Below are positions 1 to 13,879 of a DNA stretch of 64,000 nt, piece by piece. The notes beneath the pieces were generated by a model. It was not told the origin of the DNA and ran no database searches. It saw nothing but the letters and a program-made list of their open reading frames with translations. The stretch's first letter is position 1. Every line of letters starts with the position of its first letter. The stretch is from Cenococcum geophilum. Lineage: Eukaryota. The position numbers and the translations under genes were made by a program. The stretch is taken from the NCBI GenBank assembly GCA_050273025.1, contig CP158635.1, forward strand, positions 13,206,001 through 13,270,000, in the 5' to 3' direction.

Positions 1-19
1 GTATAATTTAGTAGGCAAG

Positions 20-2940
20 ACTCTATAAGTATAATGCTATATAAAAGAATAAAGTAGAAATTTAATAAGAAATTGTAGGACGCCTATAGAACGCCTAGTG
101 GTCTGTCTACGTCCTAAAATTCCCGCTTTTATCTCTCTTAGCTTAATCTCTTCCAAGCTCTATATAATTTATAATAATCTCTTAAATCTCTTAATACGGG
201 CGGAAGATTTTATTTACTATATTACCGATAAAGGACAACTAATATATAACAATAACTCTAAACTCTATAAGTTTCTTTTTAAGCTTAAACACTTATATCC
301 TAAACAAGTACCAGTTATATTTAAGGTTAGTAGGCTTATAGATTTACATATTAAAGAGTTTAAAAATAATATCTAGTATATACTCTTTAGCGCTTATTCC
401 ATCCATTGTAATCTGCTAAGTGGGATTATATACCTCTACTAGTGTAGTAGGAAAGGGTTAGGAGGAAGTATAGTGGGACTTCTACTTATCGCTAAATTCG
501 TAGGGCTTCTTCTATAGGAATTTCTCTCGTTCTTTAAGATTAAAGTCGTTTTTATTTTTATATATCTACTATTAGTACTTTCTTAGCACCTGCTTTGTAT
601 CTGTACTTACTAGAATAGTTTTCTAATTACTACCCTTTTCTTTTAAAGAAGCTTCTTAAATTAGGGCTTAAAAATCGGTTTACCCTCTATTAAGGGTTCT
701 AATGCTATACGATTAGTTAAATAAGAAGACTATTAGGAGGTATAACTATTAATAGAAGTACTTTCTCTATTACTTTTATCCGGTTTTTAGCTAAAATATA
801 GCTATCTTTTAATTGCATCTAAGCTTTTTATAACATAATTATAATGCTATTACTCTATATTACGAAGCTTCCGGATTTCTATACGCAAAGAGCGTATAAC
901 TACGGTTTATTTAGTAAGTATATTAATTTTACTTTCCTATAGTACACTTTTATTTGATAAAGTCGTGTTAAAGCTATAAAAATAATTTACTAATTCCGAA
1001 ACTAAAGCTTTGCTTACTTATCCGTTATTTCTAGTAATTTACACCTATTTTGCTAATAACCCTACGCTAAACTATTTTAAAGCTAAGAAATTTGGCAGTA
1101 TTTTTAGCTCTTATTAGTATTAATATAAAGAAGCTTATATAAATACCGCACATTTTAGCAGCTAGAGAAAAGTTACTCTAAGATTAATATTTCTGCTTAA
1201 ATCTATATAATATAGGTAAAAGCAATACTACTTTCTAAGCGCTGTGCTATGGTTTCTAAGGTATATAGTATAAGTAAGAGTTAGGAGATAAAGCCGCGGC
1301 ATATTTAGCTGGCACTGCCGTAACTAAGAAGAAGTTTAGGAATATAGTTCCTACTCTATCTAGAACTGGATAAGGGGCTTTACGTACTAGTGTTTAGGGG
1401 TAGCCCTAATAAGTTAATTATTACTTAAAGCTAATAATCCGACTAAGCTAAGTTTTATATTTGGAATTAAATAGGGGACTTATTTAATATTATAAGAAGC
1501 TTATATATTCTATATAACCTTATCTTTATAACTCTCTTAAATATAGTATATACTCGTGTTTAGCAAATCGATCTAAAAGGCCTGTATAACTCCGCGTAGT
1601 CTTAAAAATCTTATTATTTCCCTTAAAATAGATATAAAAGCTCTTCTATAGGTCCGCAAGCATCTTTCCTATACTAGGAGAAACCTTAGATCTCTGCGAC
1701 AAGCGTATATCTATAACCTCTTCTTATATATTCTTTTCGAACTCTTCAATTTCTAGGTACTAATATCTCTTGACGATCTCTAATATATTAAACTAATCTA
1801 CCTATATCTGCTTTTACTCTAATATAACCTTATTAGCTAGGGCTATTAAGTTATACTAATCACTATATTATAGCATCTTATCGTTATCTAAAGTTGTTAG
1901 TTGCCTCCTAGTTCGAGAAGACCTTTAGTGTTAGGTAGACTGCATTTTATATATATAATAATCCACCTTATTATCAATAATAATTAGATTTACTATCTAT
2001 TAGTTTACTTCCATATCTCCTCTATTTTTAACTTTATATACTAGCTAAGGATCTTCCTAGGCCCCGATTTTTATTATTTAATACTTTTTAGGGGCTCTAG
2101 GGCTGTTCTTAGGGCTCGACATCTTCTATATAGAAGTGCTAGTTATCCTCCTTATTTACCTAACTATTTAGCTCTTCCCTTAGTTACTTATCCTGGTGCT
2201 CATCTAGCTGCTTATTTAATTGGCTGTTTAGGTATTAGTTTGGCTACTCCTCTAGCGACTTATCTAGCTGCTTATATAGGAACTCGTCTAACCGCTTACT
2301 TAGTTACTTATCTAGATACTTATCTAATTAGCTGTCCAGGTGTTAATCTAGCTGCTTATTTAGCCACTTGTTTAGCTACTTCCTTAATTACTTATTTCTA
2401 TACTAACCTAGCTGCTTATTTGGTAGCTTATCGATCTACTTATTAGCCTATTCCGCTAGTTGCTTATTTAACGCGAAGTCTTCTAAGGGAGAGAATACTA
2501 AGGTTTTATCTAACATATTAATACTATTAGGTAGGTTATCTAAGATGGATTTCTCTAATATGTTAGTTTAGATCTTATATTATTTTATTAAACAGAGCGA
2601 AGGCTAGATTAGGATCGGTCTAGTTACCTTTAAAATCTTCTAGATTTAAGCAGTCTGCGCTAAAAGTAAGCTTATATAGAAAATTCTAGAGCAGGATGTT
2701 ATCTATATCCATATTATTAATAAAAGCGTCTATATTTTTAGAGACTATATCTATAGTTTTAACTATAGCCACGTCTAAGCCGTAATTGCATTAAAAGTCA
2801 TTTATATAAGGAGAGAGAATATTAGCTTCCTAAGATCCGGATATTAGGTTAGGTTTGGTAAGAATAAAATCTTTAGGGTCTATTATTAAGGGATCCCAAA
2901 TCTGTTCTAGAAAGATATAGTCCGTAAAGGTAAACATATT
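20..2940 (-). pseudogene. Unidentified large protein with an acidic LDEQ-type 4-aa repeat; RIP-degraded
   Basis: Minus strand at 2140-2470 de-RIPs to LDSQLDEHLDEQLSERLDEFLHEQLDE..., followed by long frames with RIP-type stops. No family recognised; boundaries uncertain. Confidence 0.4.
2140..2470. repeat. Degenerate 12-bp tandem repeat (ctagctgcttat-like), coding LDEQ on the minus strand
   Basis: Repeated tctagctgcttat / ttagttacttat units. Confidence 0.8.
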
Positions 2941-5442
2941 AAATAAATTGTTTATATTAGAGGTGGAACTCTTTTAACGTAACGGTTAGAAGTTATAGTT
3001 AATAGTTATCGGATACAGTTAATATAGAAAAAGGTAAACTTAATAGCTTAAGTAGGGTTTCCTTGTTCTAGTTATAACCTTTACTATACTATATAATATT
3101 AGCCTCTATATTAAATACGGAATAATAGAAGTAGTGCCATAGGGGGGACGGTATTAGCTTAGCCGCGTTTATCTCTACGAGCTTCTAAGCTAACTATCTA
3201 GGAATATCTCTCTAGATCTTCTCTAGGCCGCTTATAGGTAGCTTCTTTATACAACCTCCCTATAGGGTTTGCCGTAGAACGCCTATTAAACGTATAAAAA
3301 TCCATTTAAACCGTAGCTGTACTGGAAAGCTTATTTAATCAGATATATAATAGATCTATTGCCGCCGTAGAGATATAAGACGATTGGGTAAGATTGAAAA
3401 ATGCTAATAAACTAGCCTAGATATCCTAAAGAAGAAATAATTTGGGTAATGCGCTCTGCTTTAAAACAGTACCGCCGCAATAATAAGGCGCAATTTTATG
3501 CTCTTTGCTGGCTAAAGCCGTTCGCCTATAATCTCTTGTCGTTATCGGCACTTATATAGGATTTAAGACACTGCGAGTGTATAAAGTGCGATATAAAGAG
3601 AAATATAAAGTCCATATAAAGCCTTAAAGGCTTATACTACCTTATACCTTTATATATAAATCAGGCTCGCGCTATCTATACTTAGGACTTTAGGAGTAAC
3701 TTCTTCGTTGCCTAATACCATCGGTATTTCTATCTTTGAAAAAATGGAGGATTTAAAGGATCTATAGCGTAATAGTAATGGCTTGCCACCTAGGGAATGT
3801 TTAGGGTGCCCTTTTAACTTAAGGGACATACTATATAAGGGATATTTAGTGATTATTAGACCGTGTTATAAACCCTTCATTTATGGTAAGCTGACGAAGA
3901 GAAACTAAGATGTTTATTATGGTTTCATAAGGATGTTTCCAAGCCCTATAATAAAGAAGTTAGTCTTAAGGGAGAGACAGGTATATAATACAGCTTTAAC
4001 TTAGGATTATAATTCCGGGTAGGATATAAACCTTAGAATCTTACAGCGCGAGAAATCCTTCGCATTGTCTTTCTAAGTAGTAGTAATGCTAAAAATCTTA
4101 TATCCTTATTATATACACCTAATAATAGCTTTTACGGGAACGCCGTGGAGAGCGGCTTATATATAGCTTACCATAACTAGCCCTAATAAATAATGGTGGA
4201 ATAGAACTACGAATGGCTTTATATTAGGGAGCTTTAGTATAGATCTCGTTCGGCGTTCCTAACGTATAAGTGCTTTGCTTATAGTTATAGTTTTCTCTAC
4301 CGTCGAATAGTTTATATAGCTGATTATATAACATTTAATATTCGCAGAACTATTCTAACCTTTTTTTTTTCTTTAATTTTCCTATACGTAATGCTTTAAT
4401 CTCTTATTTCTTAAACTGAATTAAACTCATGGCTCTTAAAACCTAGTTGTTCCCTTAGGTGGTGTTTAATATCTTAAATTAGAGCATAATTCTATAGTTG
4501 CCTTTCTTTTCCATTACTTGAACAAGGTTTTATGCGACGTGCAGTGCGTAACCTTCGCTCTTTTAATCCTGTCGCATCTAATCTAGAATCTCTAGTAGAG
4601 ATTACCTACCAAATATGTTAACTAGTGATTCCTATATGGTTTATTATATTATACCTATGTATTAAGTGCCTTTATCTCTAATTTTAAGCTTCAAATCTCT
4701 TTATATAATAGTGCCTCTTCTATTCTATACTGATTTAGAGTAGCGTAAGCCTTTTAATATAATGTAGACCATTCTAAAGCTTATTTGGTTTGTTTCTATA
4801 TAGCGTTATTAGCCTTAATACGGCGCTCGATTTCGGTCCAAAGTTTAGTTCATATTTAATTATAAGCCCAAATTTCGCCTTACAAGAGCTACAATAACTA
4901 GAAGTATTAATTTATAGTAAAGATTATCCAAATAGTTATACTGCTTGCTCTGTCGGGGTTTACTACGTCTTATAAGGTAATATTGCCGGGTAAAAGCTGT
5001 AGGTAAGGCTGTAAATAAGGGGCGGGAGTATCTATGGTATACTCGGAAGGTGTTAAGATAGTTAAGCTATTATTACGTATTTCCCATTAACGGCTAGATG
5101 GTATACTTTAAAGAAATAGGTGTTTAGGCATATAGTTATATTCTATAGTTTGTTAAGGATAGTAGATAAAAATTACTTTATAATGCGAACGTATAGCGGT
5201 TAAATATTCTATACAATTCCCGTAATTTTAAAATCAGTAAAAGTGAATTTTTATCCATAAACACATTTTTTGTATTTGTTATTAGAAGCGCTAAAGCTAT
5301 ATAAATAATTTTAGACTCCTGCGCTTAGTATAAATTTTATTAATATAAATAAAGAAACTGTTTCTAACTACTAGTGGCTATAGATTATAAGTCTTGCCGC
5401 CGGCACTAAAACTCTCCCTATAAACTTCCAGCCCCTAATAAT

Positions 5443-6640
5443 ATAGAGAGCAGCTTAATTTTAAAGCGCTTAAAAGTGGCCAAAGTGCCTAAAGAAGAAA
5501 GCCTAAAGCGTGTAAAGGTTTTTAAAGAAGCTTTCTAGCGTTACCCTCGGCTATAAGGTTGTAAAGTCCCTACTAAGGCAGCACTTCTGCAAAATTCTTT
5601 AAAGCGTGTTAAGCTTCTACTAACTAGCTAAAATCCTAATTATAGTGCCTTTAGCTCCCTACTTATGCCTTTTAGTATAAATCTGGACTTAAATATACAG
5701 CCTTATAATCCTTAAAGAGCTCTAACGCGTCTTAGAGATCTTATATAAGGAAATTAGCTATAGATAATTTATATTAATAAGGGCATAAACGGAATAATAA
5801 TAATAAAGAGGCTAGAAGCGGAGAAAGGCAAGGCAAAACTCGTAAAATTTTAACTACTTCGTTATAGAAATATTTCTTAAATTAGTTAAGTATTCTTAGA
5901 TAACGATTAGATATACCTTAGCTATAAATATTCTTGTTTTACTCTAGAGGAGATTCTTTATATTTACTTATATCTCCAGGAACGGTAGATATAAGTTATT
6001 ATAATATTAGTAAGTTAAATAATATTACTAGAGCTTATTAAAGCACTAAATTAGTATAGATCTTTAATATAATTAAGTATATTAGTACGGTAGGGTTACT
6101 TTATAGATCTGTTACTCTAAACGCAGTTAGAATTTGCAGCCGTAGTAGGCGTGTCCTTTTATATAGCCACCCTAATTAATTCTACCTTTATATTAAAATC
6201 TAACGTTTTATAGCTAATTTTAAAAAATATACCTAGCAATTAGCGTCCTTAACGTTAAACTTAGACCTAGAATAATTTAGATGTGTAGTGCTTAAATATA
6301 TAAACGGGCGGCCGTAAAAAGACCTTTACAAAGTTGACTTTATTAAATAATAAAGGGTAAAGAATAGGGTTTTGGTCTTAAATAGCCGGATAGGTAGAGC
6401 AGATATAAAGTTTTAAATGACTTTTTAGAGGAGCTTTTTAATACTAAAAAGCTAGCAATCGTAAAGTTAGACAAACCGGTATATTGTACTAGTCTTAATA
6501 TTTATAGACTGCTTACTATAAAAGCATCTATATATATTACAGTGTAACCTTAACTACTTTTACCTACTGTTATTCGTTAAACTTGTTTCACTAAAGTATT
6601 TTAAGCTTTAACGCGTATTAGAAGATAGCTTAGCTAAGTA
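5443..6640 (+). pseudogene. Protein kinase-like (pseudokinase) gene with introns, RIP-degraded
   Basis: Reads ..IIKRLEAEKGKAKLVKF*LLRYRNIS*IS*VFLDND*IYLSYKYSCFTLEEIL..L.LQER*I*VI, matching the kinase H.NI..L...F....YL..EY...L..I....L.E.QI pattern, then GLLY(H)R(G)SVTLNAVRI at the catalytic-loop position. Confidence 0.65.
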
Positions 6641-8115
6641 AAAGGGATAATTTAGATATACTTAGTTTATAAAATATAAAACATTATATTTTATAATATT
6701 TAAACTTAATAATATTTAAGATTACTTATATTTAATAGGGTTTTCACTAATACCCTAGTTTTAACTGAGCTAGCGTACCGCCTTTATTTTTATTATTTAG
6801 CTAAAATTAAAGTAACGTATATTTAAAAGGCAGTGTTATGCTAAGGCTTACCTAGGCATAATAGATATAACTTAGGTAAAGCTTTAATGTTCCTTTTAGT
6901 TAAATCTAGGGTATTAGTTAAAACCCGTTACCTACGTTATTTTTACTTAGCTTTAGATACTAAAATCTATTAAAATTATTTTAGTAAACGCTAAAGAGAA
7001 AAAAATAGAAAACAGCTCTATAGTATCCTGTTACCTCTAGTAGTTAGCGCAGCTATATCTATACAGCCTTTTTACAGGGGAAGTTTTAATATTTTTATAG
7101 TTTAAGGGAAAGTTAATAAAATACGCTAACCACCGGACACGTTAGGAGGCCGTAGTATAAATTTATATTTTACGCCTATAACTACGCGCGTTTATAAATA
7201 TAAATAATAATTTAGCCTAGGTAAGGGGCAAGCAATTTAATTGATTTTATAGTAAAGAGTTATATAATATCTTAAAGGAGTCCATAGAGTACTACCTAAT
7301 AATTAGTCTTAGATTACTTTTAGTCTTTAAATCTTTTAACGTCTTTAATCCTTTATTTACTATAAACACTCTTTCTCTATAATGGATTATTCTAATAGCT
7401 TTCTTTTAGAAATAGAATCTTAGAATTTCGATGATATAACCGTTACTATAACGCCAATAAAACTTAATCTAGAAGCTAAAGACTTTACTTCCTACTCCCT
7501 ATCTATAAGCGAAATTAAAAGATTTTATTCTAATATACCTCTAATTAACTAGCTTTAATAAGATACTATAAAACCAAACCTATTTTAAGGCGACTTGGCT
7601 AAATATAATAACCTTTATAAGTAAGTAAAAAACCTTACTAGGTATAATATTAAAATCTATATCTACTAATCCTAGAACCCTAATATAAAAGTAAATAAGT
7701 AAGTAAAACATAGGCTATAACTAAGTATTTAAGACGCGACCTTAATACCTTAGAGGATTAGATTCGCTAGATGGTAGAGTTTAAAAAGATAATAGCTAAA
7801 AGTTTTCCCCAAATTGCGGAGTTTAAAAAGACTATAAATAAAAGTCTTAACTATATAGGAGAGGTAGAAAAGATAATAGCTAAAATTACGAAAGTTTTTA
7901 GTAATAAATATACTAATAGAAACTAATTTGCTTATAGGGCAAGTTAATAGTATAGAGCTATTAAAGGAAGCTTTTTAGTTATTTAATTATATATCCTATA
8001 TCTACTCGCGTATAATATAATAATTAAAATTACTTTTAAGTTTTAATTAGTAGCTATATAGTTTTAGCCTACGCGGAAGAAATTCCTATAGTTTTTAATA
8101 CGGTAAGGCTATTTT

Positions 8116-9161
8116 ATTTATATAGGAAGGCATTTTCTAGTAAATGAAAGTTATATAGGACTCCGTTCCGTATAGGAACTAAAAAAAACTAAAATTAAAA
8201 GTTTAAGGGTACTTAATCCGTATGGGATTAGCAGATTTACTTAAATAAAATTACTTAGTATTTTTGTCCGTACGGGTATAAAAAAAAATTAAATTTAAAA
8301 GTCTAAGGGTAGTAAGTCCGTATAGGATTAGTTAGCTTACTTAAAATAAATTATTTAGTATTTTTATCCGTATAGGAATTATAATAAAACGGTATATGGA
8401 AATTATAAATAAAAAGGATTTCTACTAAAAATCCTATATAGGATATTTTCTTTTGCGCTTATATACTAAAAATAAAATAGAGAAACTAGAACTTTATTAT
8501 TTTTTTAGAAATACTATCTATACGGGATGGCGTAGAAAATAAGAAAAAAAAAGCTAGTAAATTTAAATGGTTTTAAATAAAGTTCCGTACAGGATAGAAA
8601 ATAATAAAAGTATTATTTTTATAGCCACTTTTCCCGTATAGGAGGATGTTAAAAAAGGTATTTAAAAGCTAAATATAAGAAGAGAATTTTAGTAGAAATC
8701 CTATATAAAATATTATCTTTTATAAATATATTTTTAAAATGGAACACAAATTCCAGTTTTTATAAGATTTTTTATTAAATTATTCCATATAGGAGAATAT
8801 TAAAAGAGGTATTTAAAAGCTAGATATAAAAAGAGAATTTTAGTAGAAATCCTATATAAAATATTATCTTTTATAAATATATTTTTAAAATAGAACACAA
8901 ATTCCAGTTTTTATAAGATTTTTTATTAAATTATTCCGTATAGGATATTATAGAAAATAGGATATAAAATCTAGGTAATTAAGTTTTAATATAGGATTAA
9001 AATTTAGTAGATTATTATATTTATTAGCTGTTTATACTATACGGGATAAAATTAAAAATAGTACTAAAGATCTAGTAGTTAAAGGAATTATATATAAAAG
9101 TTCCCTACGGGATAAATAATCTATTAGTTAAAAGGGTTATAAATATATATCCCGTACGGGC
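8116..9161. repeat. Phased array of the 12-bp palindrome TCCCGTACGGGA (RIP-eroded) with AT-rich spacers
   Basis: Copies start at 8116, (8149), 8166, 8216, 8266, 8316, 8366, 8432, 8516, 8583, 8632, 8699, 8783, 8850, 8934, 8985, 9035, 9101, 9150. Includes a ~100-bp duplication (8166-8366) and a 151-bp duplication (8632-8934). Confidence 0.9.
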
Positions 9162-9249
9162 AGTTAAGCTAGTAATATTCCATACTCCACGTATAATGGT
9201 AAGAAAATAAGTAAGATTATTAAATTTAGGGGAGACTAGAAATATATAT

Positions 9250-12200
9250 AGTTAGTATTACCTCTATTATACTACTTATAACTAAAGAATATAGTACTAG
9301 CGTTAGAATAATATATAAACGCTCTAGTAGAGTTAGAGATATAATAGTACTTAGACTGCTTAGAGTAACTAAAGGAATTATAGGCCTTTATAAAACGTTC
9401 CTAAATCCATACTAAGAGGATAAAAATTAAAGATAATAATTAATACTATATATAAGATAACTTATTTTCTAAGTATAAAACTTATAGCTTTTAGCGGGGA
9501 AAGATCTAAGAACTCCTCTTAAATCCGTTACACGCATAATAGCGTTATAAGTTTTTTACTTTTTTATTAAAGAAGCTTATATAAAGAAGAATTATAAGCC
9601 GTTCTTTAATAATAAGTTAATAGCGCGTTATTAATAAATACAGTTTATCTTAATTAGAGGAGTGTGCTTAAAGGTATTAACTTTAAGCGTCTGGCTTAGA
9701 ATATAATAAGATATAACTAAATTAGGCTATAAACAGCGAAGTTTGTTCCTTAGAAAGAAATAAGATTAAGGACTTATATAGTTTCTTTATAGTATAATAG
9801 GGCTTTAACTTTAGTATTTATTCTAATAAGGTACGGCTTAAAGCTATAGAGAATAGTTATATAAAGATAGCTAGATCTAAATTAATAAGATAGTAATTAG
9901 AAAGCAATAGTAAGTAGAATTAACTCTTAGATAATAAAAGCCCTATATTTAATAACTCTTATTAAACACCCCCTTTAAAACTTACTTCCTATACTTATAA
10001 ATATAAGCTTATAAAGCAATACCATATTTAATAATAATCTATCTTAGAACACTGCTTAAGGACCTATAAGGATTATTAGTAAGTTTTCTAAAGTTAATAA
10101 AGGTAATATATATAATTTAATATTATTAGAAGACTATACTTCTATATAACCTATAGGCATAGAGCTTTATAGCTATTTCTACTAAGTATTTTAGAGGTAT
10201 ATAATATATAGCACTTATAATAGAAAGTATAGCTGCCTATATTAAGGCGTTATATACTAAGCGCTAGGCTTAAATTAAAACCGAATAAGCCTATTTACGT
10301 ATTAGCTACTATAATCTAGCGTTTAGTATAAATTAATAGTTTTAATAACTCTATAAGCTTAGAGAGCCCCTAAGGGCTATATAGTTAATCTACTAAGGGT
10401 TAAAGTATTCGCTAAGAAGCTGCAAAACTCAAGTATCTTATTAAGATGTGTTATATCTATATAGAGTGCCATAAACTCTATAAATAGAGCCTAAGTAATT
10501 AGATAGTACCCCTTATAGGTTAAATACTACCTTTAAATAGGCTTTAGAACCTAGACGTATAAACGCCTTAAGATTAGTAGTATAATTATAGACTAATAGA
10601 TGTCCCGCGTCTTTAATAATAGCATAGTTTCCTATAAATTAGAAAATAAAGACTAGGAGATTTCTAGATAAGCTACTAAGACCTAAGCGAATAAGAAACC
10701 TGTTAAGATAAGCCTTATACTTAAGGAAGGACACCTTTAGCGGCAAAAAATCATACCTTAGTAGTCTATGTAACGCAACTTTTGGAGAAATGTGCTTAAA
10801 GGTATAGCTAGAGCTCTACGCTGTATAAAAGAGGCGTTGCCTTACTATTTATTCCTCCTCTATATCCTTTATCCCTCTTCCGTTTTTTAAACTCTTTTAG
10901 CTCTAGTATATATTAATCTTATAACCTTGCTAATAATATCTTTTATAGTTAAATAATAGCTATAGACTTCTAATCCTAAATAGAAGCAAATATCCTTTAT
11001 ACCTAATTAACTATTTAATATAGTTTCTTTATACAGCGGCGGCAGTAATACTATTGCGGATAAGACTATATATACTACTAAGGTATACTATAGTAAGGAC
11101 AATGCCTAAGTTCTAGTAATTAGTTTATAATATTATTAATATAATTATAGGGGTAAACTTAAAGAATAAATCTCGTTTTAGGAATATTAGAGAAATTACC
11201 TATACTAGGGTTATAAATAAAAGCTTAGAGTTTCTCGTGTTATAGAAGCCCGGGTAGGTATCCGTAGTAAAGTATTATAAAGGCCTGGAGTACCCAGTAT
11301 ATATCGCCATTAATAATAATAATAGCACAGCGTTAGTATATTGGGATCCTATTTAGGAGCTACTTACAAATCTACTACATAATAAGATTTAATTATACTA
11401 TACTTAGGAACCGACTTAACTTAATTAATATACTAAAATATATAAAGAGCTTAAATAGATAATAAGAGGTAGAGTAAGGTAAGGATACTAGTTAAAAGAG
11501 CAGTCTAAAGAGTTACTAAAGGAAAGGGGATATAAATAAAAGGCAGATAAGCTGTTAGAGAAAGCCGTACATAAGTAGAAGGTAGATACTAATACCTATA
11601 ACAGAGGTAAGGAGATAAAGGCTTAATAGTAACATAATAGAAGACGAAGCTAAATCTAATCTAATTAAACTATTACGGAATATTGCATAAATTGTTAAGA
11701 TAGAGAAACTATACAATTAAGTTAAGTAGCTTAACAATCTAAAATAATATTAGGCTCTTCTCCCTATCTTTCTAGCAAGTTTTATTAAGATTACTAACCT
11801 CTAATATATAATTATTCTAATACCTAAGAGCCTCTAATTAGCTAAGTAGTAATTCTAAAGGCTTAGTTAGTATAACGGTAGGAAGAATAACTAGTTTTTA
11901 AACTATCTTTATATTAATACTCTTATAAATAGAAAGTTTAATACTTATAAGTTTTATAGTATAAAATAAGCAATTATTAATCTAAGGTATATAAGGATAA
12001 ATCTAGCCTATAAAATCCGAAATCTAAGCATTTATCCTCTTTAATAATTCCGTACTAAAATCCAAGATAGCTTAAAGTTTTACTTTAGTGCTGTTATTAT
12101 TATAAACTAGATTAAACCCTTCCACCCCTAAGCTTAAGTTTTTAAAGATTAGGTTAAATTCCTAGGGATTCCTAGCACGTTCCGCTAAAGTATTAAGGGC

Positions 12201-12750
12201 ATCCTTTATAAGTAGCTCCCCTTTTAAGTATCCGGCTTATTTAATATATACTAGGCAATTTAAAATAGGGTAATCTTAGTAGAAGTAAAAAATAATAGAC
12301 TTTACCTATATATAGACTAGCGGAAAAGATTATATTATAATATTACCGATAAAGAATTTTAATCTAAATAAGTAATAAAATTAAAGTTTATATAGGCAAA
12401 ATATTCTATCTACAAAGCTTTATTTATATAGCTAGACTAAAAATAATATAGGTTTCTTGGAAAACGCCACTAATAGTTACTCTATAGAAAAGATTACGCG
12501 CGCTTTATAACCGCTATATTATTTTATAAATAGTTTTTAAAAGAGAAACTCGAAACTTTTATAATCCGCCTAAAAGTAGAGTTATAGCTATCCTTACCGT
12601 ATAGATATGTGGGAGAAGCATTTATAATGCGGTATTAGTAGTAGATTTAAACTATATTCCTAGCTATAATAATAAAACAGGAATATTTAATATAAGACGT
12701 TAACTAGGAAATTTATAAAGTATAAATTCGGATATAAGATCTTAAAATCT
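9250..12750 (+). pseudogene. Unidentified coding-like region (one or two genes), RIP-degraded
   Basis: Long frames interrupted by TAA/TAG, with plus-strand intron-like signals (gctaat..tag ~10930-10948; tactaat..cag ~11587-11604). No family recognised and strand not certain. Confidence 0.3.
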
Positions 12751-12889
12751 ATTAGCTTAGCTAAAACTAAATAGCTTATTATACTACCTAATTCTACTTT
12801 TATAACTAGAGATATTTCTCCTACTCTATTGCCTTTATCTTCGCACTATTATAAATTCTAAAGGCTAAAAGCGCACTTTAATTCATTAA

Positions 12890-13400
12890 TTCTTTTCTAT
12901 TTATAGTAGTTCTCCTATTTAAGATCTTAAAGGTGAAGTTTAAGCTTAGCCTCGTTGTTAAAGATCTGCTCCTTTACTTACCTAAGCTAATTCTTAAACT
13001 ACTTTAACTTCTTAAACCTTATCTACCTTACGTTTTTAAGCTCTTTACGGCACTTAAACAGTGCGGCTTCTGCCTCTAAATATTAATCTTAAAGTATACT
13101 AATTATTACTCTTGCTTTATCTAGTTTAGTTTTAAGTTTTTAAATTTAAAGTATAGAGTTCTGCTTATAAAGAGAGAATTCCTTAAGAAACCCCTAATTG
13201 GTGTAACTATTAGACTTTTAATAGAGAGAGTAATAGCTTACGCTCTTTTCCTTATTAGTAAAACTATTAGTAAAAGAAGAATTTAGACCTACTAAAGTGC
13301 TTAAATTAGTACTAGAAGAGTCTATTTTAGGTATTAAGCTATTATTTCTTAAGATAAAGTAAAATTCTAAGATTAGTATATAACCTCTTGCATTATAAGA
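12890..13400 (-). pseudogene. Coiled-coil protein fragment
   Basis: Minus frame QNSIL*I*KLKTKLDKARVIISIL*D*YLEAEAALFKCRKELKNVR*..EQIFNNEAKLKLHL shows a heptad pattern. Confidence 0.4.
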
Positions 13401-13879
13401 TAAAGAAAAGAGCGTACCCTAAAAGACCTTAAAAATCTAATATATTCTAAAATCTAAAATCTGTTTCCTAGGACCGCTATAAAAGATATTAGCTAAAGAT
13501 AGGGCTTATATATATAGGTGCTAAGACTTAGTATCGCCAAGAAATTACTTATATATATTTTAGTTAGACCTTAAGAAAATTAAATAACTAGCTAAAGGTT
13601 ATATAAGGCTTATAAATAATCTACTATTAAAGGCCAATTAAGGGCTTTTATAATAGCTATGCCCCATACCTACTAAATATTAATTAATTATAAATCTTAG
13701 CGATTGCGTAAATCCGAAGCTTGCGTAAGCCGCCCCTAGTAATTCCAGTTTTAGACCTTAGCTTAACGTAGAATAACTACCCGCAGCTCTATTGTTGTAT
13801 AATTTAGTCAGAATTTACCTAAGCTTATTGTAGTTTATAAGAATAATTTTATAATAAAAATGGCTTATTATTTAAGAGG

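Noticed and set aside
2240..2446. Plus-strand ORF MATPLATYLAAY..
   Set aside because: Antisense shadow of the minus-strand LDEQ repeat.
8116..9161. CRISPR array interpretation of the palindromic repeat-spacer structure
   Set aside because: Eukaryotic RIPed context, 12-bp repeat, duplicated AT-rich spacers of quantised lengths, no cas genes.
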